A stretch of 63,824 bases of DNA, the filler included, from Octopus bimaculoides (lineage: Eukaryota), in the NCBI RefSeq assembly GCF_001194135.2. It is 7 parts of 6 records of this genome, joined end to end, with 100 filler letters (N's around TTAATTAATTAA, not from the genome) between each part and the next. Parts side by side here need not be neighbours in the genome. Positions count along the whole stretch, not along the records: positions 62,109 to 63,824 come from NC_069000.1; 6 more parts are not named here. The stretch is one strand, 5' to 3'. The notes beneath the pieces were generated by a model. It ran no database searches, was not told the DNA's origin, and worked only from the letters and a program-made list of their open reading frames with translations. The position numbers were made by a program, and so were the translations under genes. How positions within the stretch are numbered: position 1 is the first letter of the stretch; each line of letters opens with the position of its first letter. Of the stretch, positions 62,830 through 63,824 are shown piece by piece.

Positions 62830-63824
62830 ATCTTAAAATGCTGTGATTATCGTATCTTCGAATGGCTCGCAATGTTTCGGTATCGGTCTGGACAAACCAT
62901 CCGCATGCCTTAGTTTTTTTGACGGTAAATATTCCATTTTGTACTCATAATTCAATAATGTAGTGCCCCATCACTGTAGTGTATTCGCTGTGTGTGTTGG
63001 CATTCATTTTTTAGAACCGTATGTTGACAGTAGTGGACGATGATCTGTTTGTAAACAGAAACTTCTTCCATGACTAAATCTATGGAACTTTTTCACACCG
63101 AATATGATTGCTAACACTTCCTTTTCTATTTGACTTTAGTTCCTTTCTACTGGTAATAACGATCGTGTCGTCATATTTGTGCAGAAGCATGGCTTCTACA
63201 CCGTAATCACTTGCATTTGTAGCCAGCTTCGGATTAAAATGCGTTAACGATAAGTTCAATGTTAAAATGTTTTTTAATTCATCAAATGACTTCGTCATTT
63301 AATTCGTAAAAGTACCTCCTGACACTCATCAGTCCAGCACCATTTTGCATTTTTCTTTAACAAATCAATAAGTGGGGCTCTTACACTGTGTATATTCGGA
63401 ATATAAATTTGGTAGTAATTCACTAATCCCAAGAATGCTTGTAGTATAGTCACATTATTCGGCGGTTGCTCTGGTTGGATCCCGTTTCCATCTGTTTTTA
63501 TTTTTTTCTGGCCCAAGTATTTAATTTTTTTTCTTTCTTTCAGAAAAAAAACTCGCATTTTTCTTCACTTAACTTAAAACTGTATTCTCTTATCTTTTTG
63601 AATACCCTTTTTACATGTTCTACATGTTGTTCATGGGATTCACTTTTTATTAGGATATCATCTAATTAGGTGATAGCAAAATCACTGTCCGCCAGCATTG
63701 TACCCATTACATATGGAAGGGGCCACTTTTGCACCGAAGGGAAGCCGCTTAAATTTAAATAAGCCACGGATTATATTAATGGCTAATAAGTGTGACTATT
63801 TTTCTTCTACTTGGATTTGTAAAT
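62830..63824 (-). mobile_element. Ty3/Gypsy LTR retrotransposon pol fragment (RT-RNase H), disrupted
   Basis: GLFKFKRLPFG..VAPSI, T*LDDILI (YLDD), LQAFLGLVNYY...APLIDLLKKN, NASDYGV, EYLPSKKLRHADGLSR. Confidence 0.92.

Overview
This is repeat-dominated, AT-rich eukaryotic genomic scaffold with many N gaps. It is most likely an octopod cephalopod (Octopus), inferred from the tRNA-derived SINE families and very dense microsatellites. No complete gene, rRNA, true tRNA gene or CRISPR array is supported. Most of the window is transposon debris: several SINE families; RTE, CR1/L2 and R4/Dong LINE fragments; Penelope GIY-YIG remnants; mariner and DD37D Tc1/mariner elements; hAT fragments; MITEs with intact target-site duplications (TSDs); Helitron-like pieces; and a Ty3/Gypsy pol fragment. 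The best host-gene signal is a set of spliced minus-strand exons at 30.7-33.5 kb. Two of them join in phase to encode the hormone-receptor (HRM) domain of an adhesion GPCR; the neighbouring ectodomain-like exons are frameshifted and no GPS/7TM exons are visible. A CpG-rich island at about 4-7 kb lies between CpG-depleted blocks that probably mark methylated gene bodies. It contains a minus-strand exon in which an upstream ORF stops 10 nt before a mitochondrial-presequence-like ORF. The top candidate for an undescribed system is a tRNA-Ser-headed SINE carrying a complete hammerhead-ribozyme core (52.7-53.2 kb), inserted with a 5' inversion and a 15-bp TSD. All calls were made by eye with no database searches, and most repeat coordinates are approximate. 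Long ORFs in the supplied track that span N gaps or microsatellites are artefacts.
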